DNA of 64,000 nucleotides from Lophium mytilinum (Eukaryota): NCBI GenBank assembly GCA_010093605.1, contig MU004182.1, positions 1,025,032 to 1,089,031 of the forward strand, read 5' to 3'. Shown piece by piece: positions 62,610 to 64,000 of this stretch (position 1 is its first letter; each line of letters starts with the position of its first letter). The notes under the pieces were generated by a model. It saw only the letters and a program-made list of their open reading frames with translations, ran no database searches and was not told where the DNA came from. The position numbers and the translations under genes were made by a program.

Positions 62610-63031
62610 GCTGTTGACACAGCGAGGGCCTCGTCGGACACAAACAGCTGGGGTTTGAATCCACACAATTCGCACCTGGGTTGTTGCAGGTGGAGAATCC
62701 TTGAGAAAGTCGCGCCCGTGGAGCCGGATGACGTCGGCTGAGCGTCAGCCACAAGAGCGCCACATCCCGGCCCTTTTCTCCCGTCCCAACTCGTTGTCTT
62801 TGTAGGCTTCCATCCCAACTGGAAAGTGAGCTGGAGAGTAGCATGTGGGAGCTTGCGATGTTTTAGCCGTGCTTAGTTGCCATTGCAGTCAAATATGAGT
62901 AAGATGTAGGATTGTCTCTATGAACAGCATTTCAACTTGGTCATTTATCTCGACAACGAGACTACTATTCATATCAAAAGCGTCTATCATAACCATGCTC
63001 CTATAACCTCGTTATTATAAGCTCTGCTATA

Positions 63032-64000
63032 TCACTCCTCCGCTTCTTCTTTTCCCTTCCCACCATCATCAGCCTGTGGCCTCTCCGGAATCTCAACCCC
63101 TTCAAGCGACCACATCATCATAATATACCCATCACTGAATACCGTAACGTTCAGCTTCTGGGCCTCCAACTCTTCGGGCAACGTAATCCTCGTCAAAGCT
63201 TGCTTGCTGAAAGCCCCACCACCCTTCCCTCTCCCGGCGTCCCCGCTCTGCCACCCAACCCTGCGCAAAGCCACAATCTCATCCCGGCCCGGATACGAAA
63301 GCACAACGAAGAAGCCCTCTGTCTGGGGTTTCGGGAAGCGCGGAGCAAACATTTTGAGGTCAGTCGACACCTTGCCTCTGATAACAGGCGCGGCGTTCAG
63401 ACGCATGATCTGGAGAGTGATGATAGCAGCGTTGACGTCGAGGAGGCGGACCTTGAGATTGGGAAGGGCTTCTATAGCCTTGAGGCTATTCTGCAAACGT
63501 GATGGAACAACACCACCTTTACGAAGCGCTTTTTCGATGTCTGTTCGTGGCGCTGTCGAGACTTCTACTAGGGTCTTGAGAGTGGCTTTCGGGTCTGCGA
63601 TTCGCTGCTTCTCCTCTTCCACCTCAATGCCAGGACAAATGGATAGAGGGCCGTCGTCAGGCCAGCGCGCCGACTTGATGCATTGCAGCAATGTGACCAT
63701 CATTACACAGCTGGAAAGGTAGCCCAGCTCCGTCAAGACGTCAATGGAGGCCTGCACGATACGAATACTCTGGTCCAGCACGGAGTTGAGATCGCCCACG
63801 TAATCGGAAATTGGGAGGTCGATACGGGAGAAGTGGGCTTGGAGTAAAAGGAAAGACTTGACATGCGGATCCCACATAGGCATCCCAAATGAGTCAGCCT
63901 TGAAAGGCAAGTTCTTCGACAGCTCTGCATTGATGAGGTCTTCGTTATGGCGGACAGGCAGCTCATCGTACTCGGTCGCACAAGAAATCCAGGAAAGGAC
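63032..64000 (-). CDS. SLH1: C-terminal Sec63 domain of a Ski2-like helicase, Slh1/ASCC3 type (5' part outside the window)
   Basis: LPVRHNED, WDPHVKSFLLLQAHFSRIDLPISDYVGDLNSVLDQSIRIVQA, APRFPKPQTEGFF. Confidence 0.85.
   Translation of the reverse strand, partial: VLSWISCATEYDELPVRHNEDLINAELSKNLPFKADSFGMPMWDPHVKSFLLLQAHFSRIDLPISDYVGDLNSVLDQSIRIVQASIDVLTELGYLSSCVMMVTLLQCIKSARWPDDGPLSICPGIEVEEEKQRIADPKATLKTLVEVSTAPRTDIEKALRKGGVVPSRLQNSLKAIEALPNLKVRLLDVNAAIITLQIMRLNAAPVIRGKVSTDLKMFAPRFPKPQTEGFFVVLSYPGRDEIVALRRVGWQSGDAGRGKGGGAFSKQALTRITLPEELEAQKLNVTVFSDGYIMMMWSLEGVEIPERPQADDGGKGKEEAEE

Overview
Intron-containing genomic DNA from a filamentous ascomycete (GT-AG introns of about 45-100 nt with CTRAC/CTAAC branch sites; Pezizomycotina, probably Dothideomycete-like). 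Conserved housekeeping genes (Ral2-like kelch/BTB, bli-3, UPF0183/PHAF1, kinesin-5 bimC, TGL4-type lipase, Sec4 Rab, NCA2, Slh1/ASCC3-type helicase) surround an accessory block at about 4.7-25.6 kb. Three things in that block stand out. (i) A ~1090-aa intron-containing gene with three tandem helical units resembling Hbl/Nhe/ClyA alpha-pore-forming toxin subunits, i.e. a possible single-chain tripartite toxin. (ii) A head-to-head pair of a DUF6594 membrane protein and a caspase-fold (His-Cys dyad) protease, with a small acidic ORF between them; this is a candidate protease-activated membrane effector module. (iii) Two tandem tRNA-shaped Pol III genes with near-identical acceptor/D/T arms but unrelated long hairpins in place of the anticodon arm. 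The block also holds small secreted Cys-rich proteins and a Mutator-type MITE with a 9-bp TSD. Further along are a 57-bp-arm foldback, an MFS + arylsulfotransferase + sulfotransferase trio, a 661-bp copia-type TRIM with identical LTRs inside a dead transcription-factor gene, and a HET-domain gene. All family assignments come from motif recognition by eye; no searches were run.
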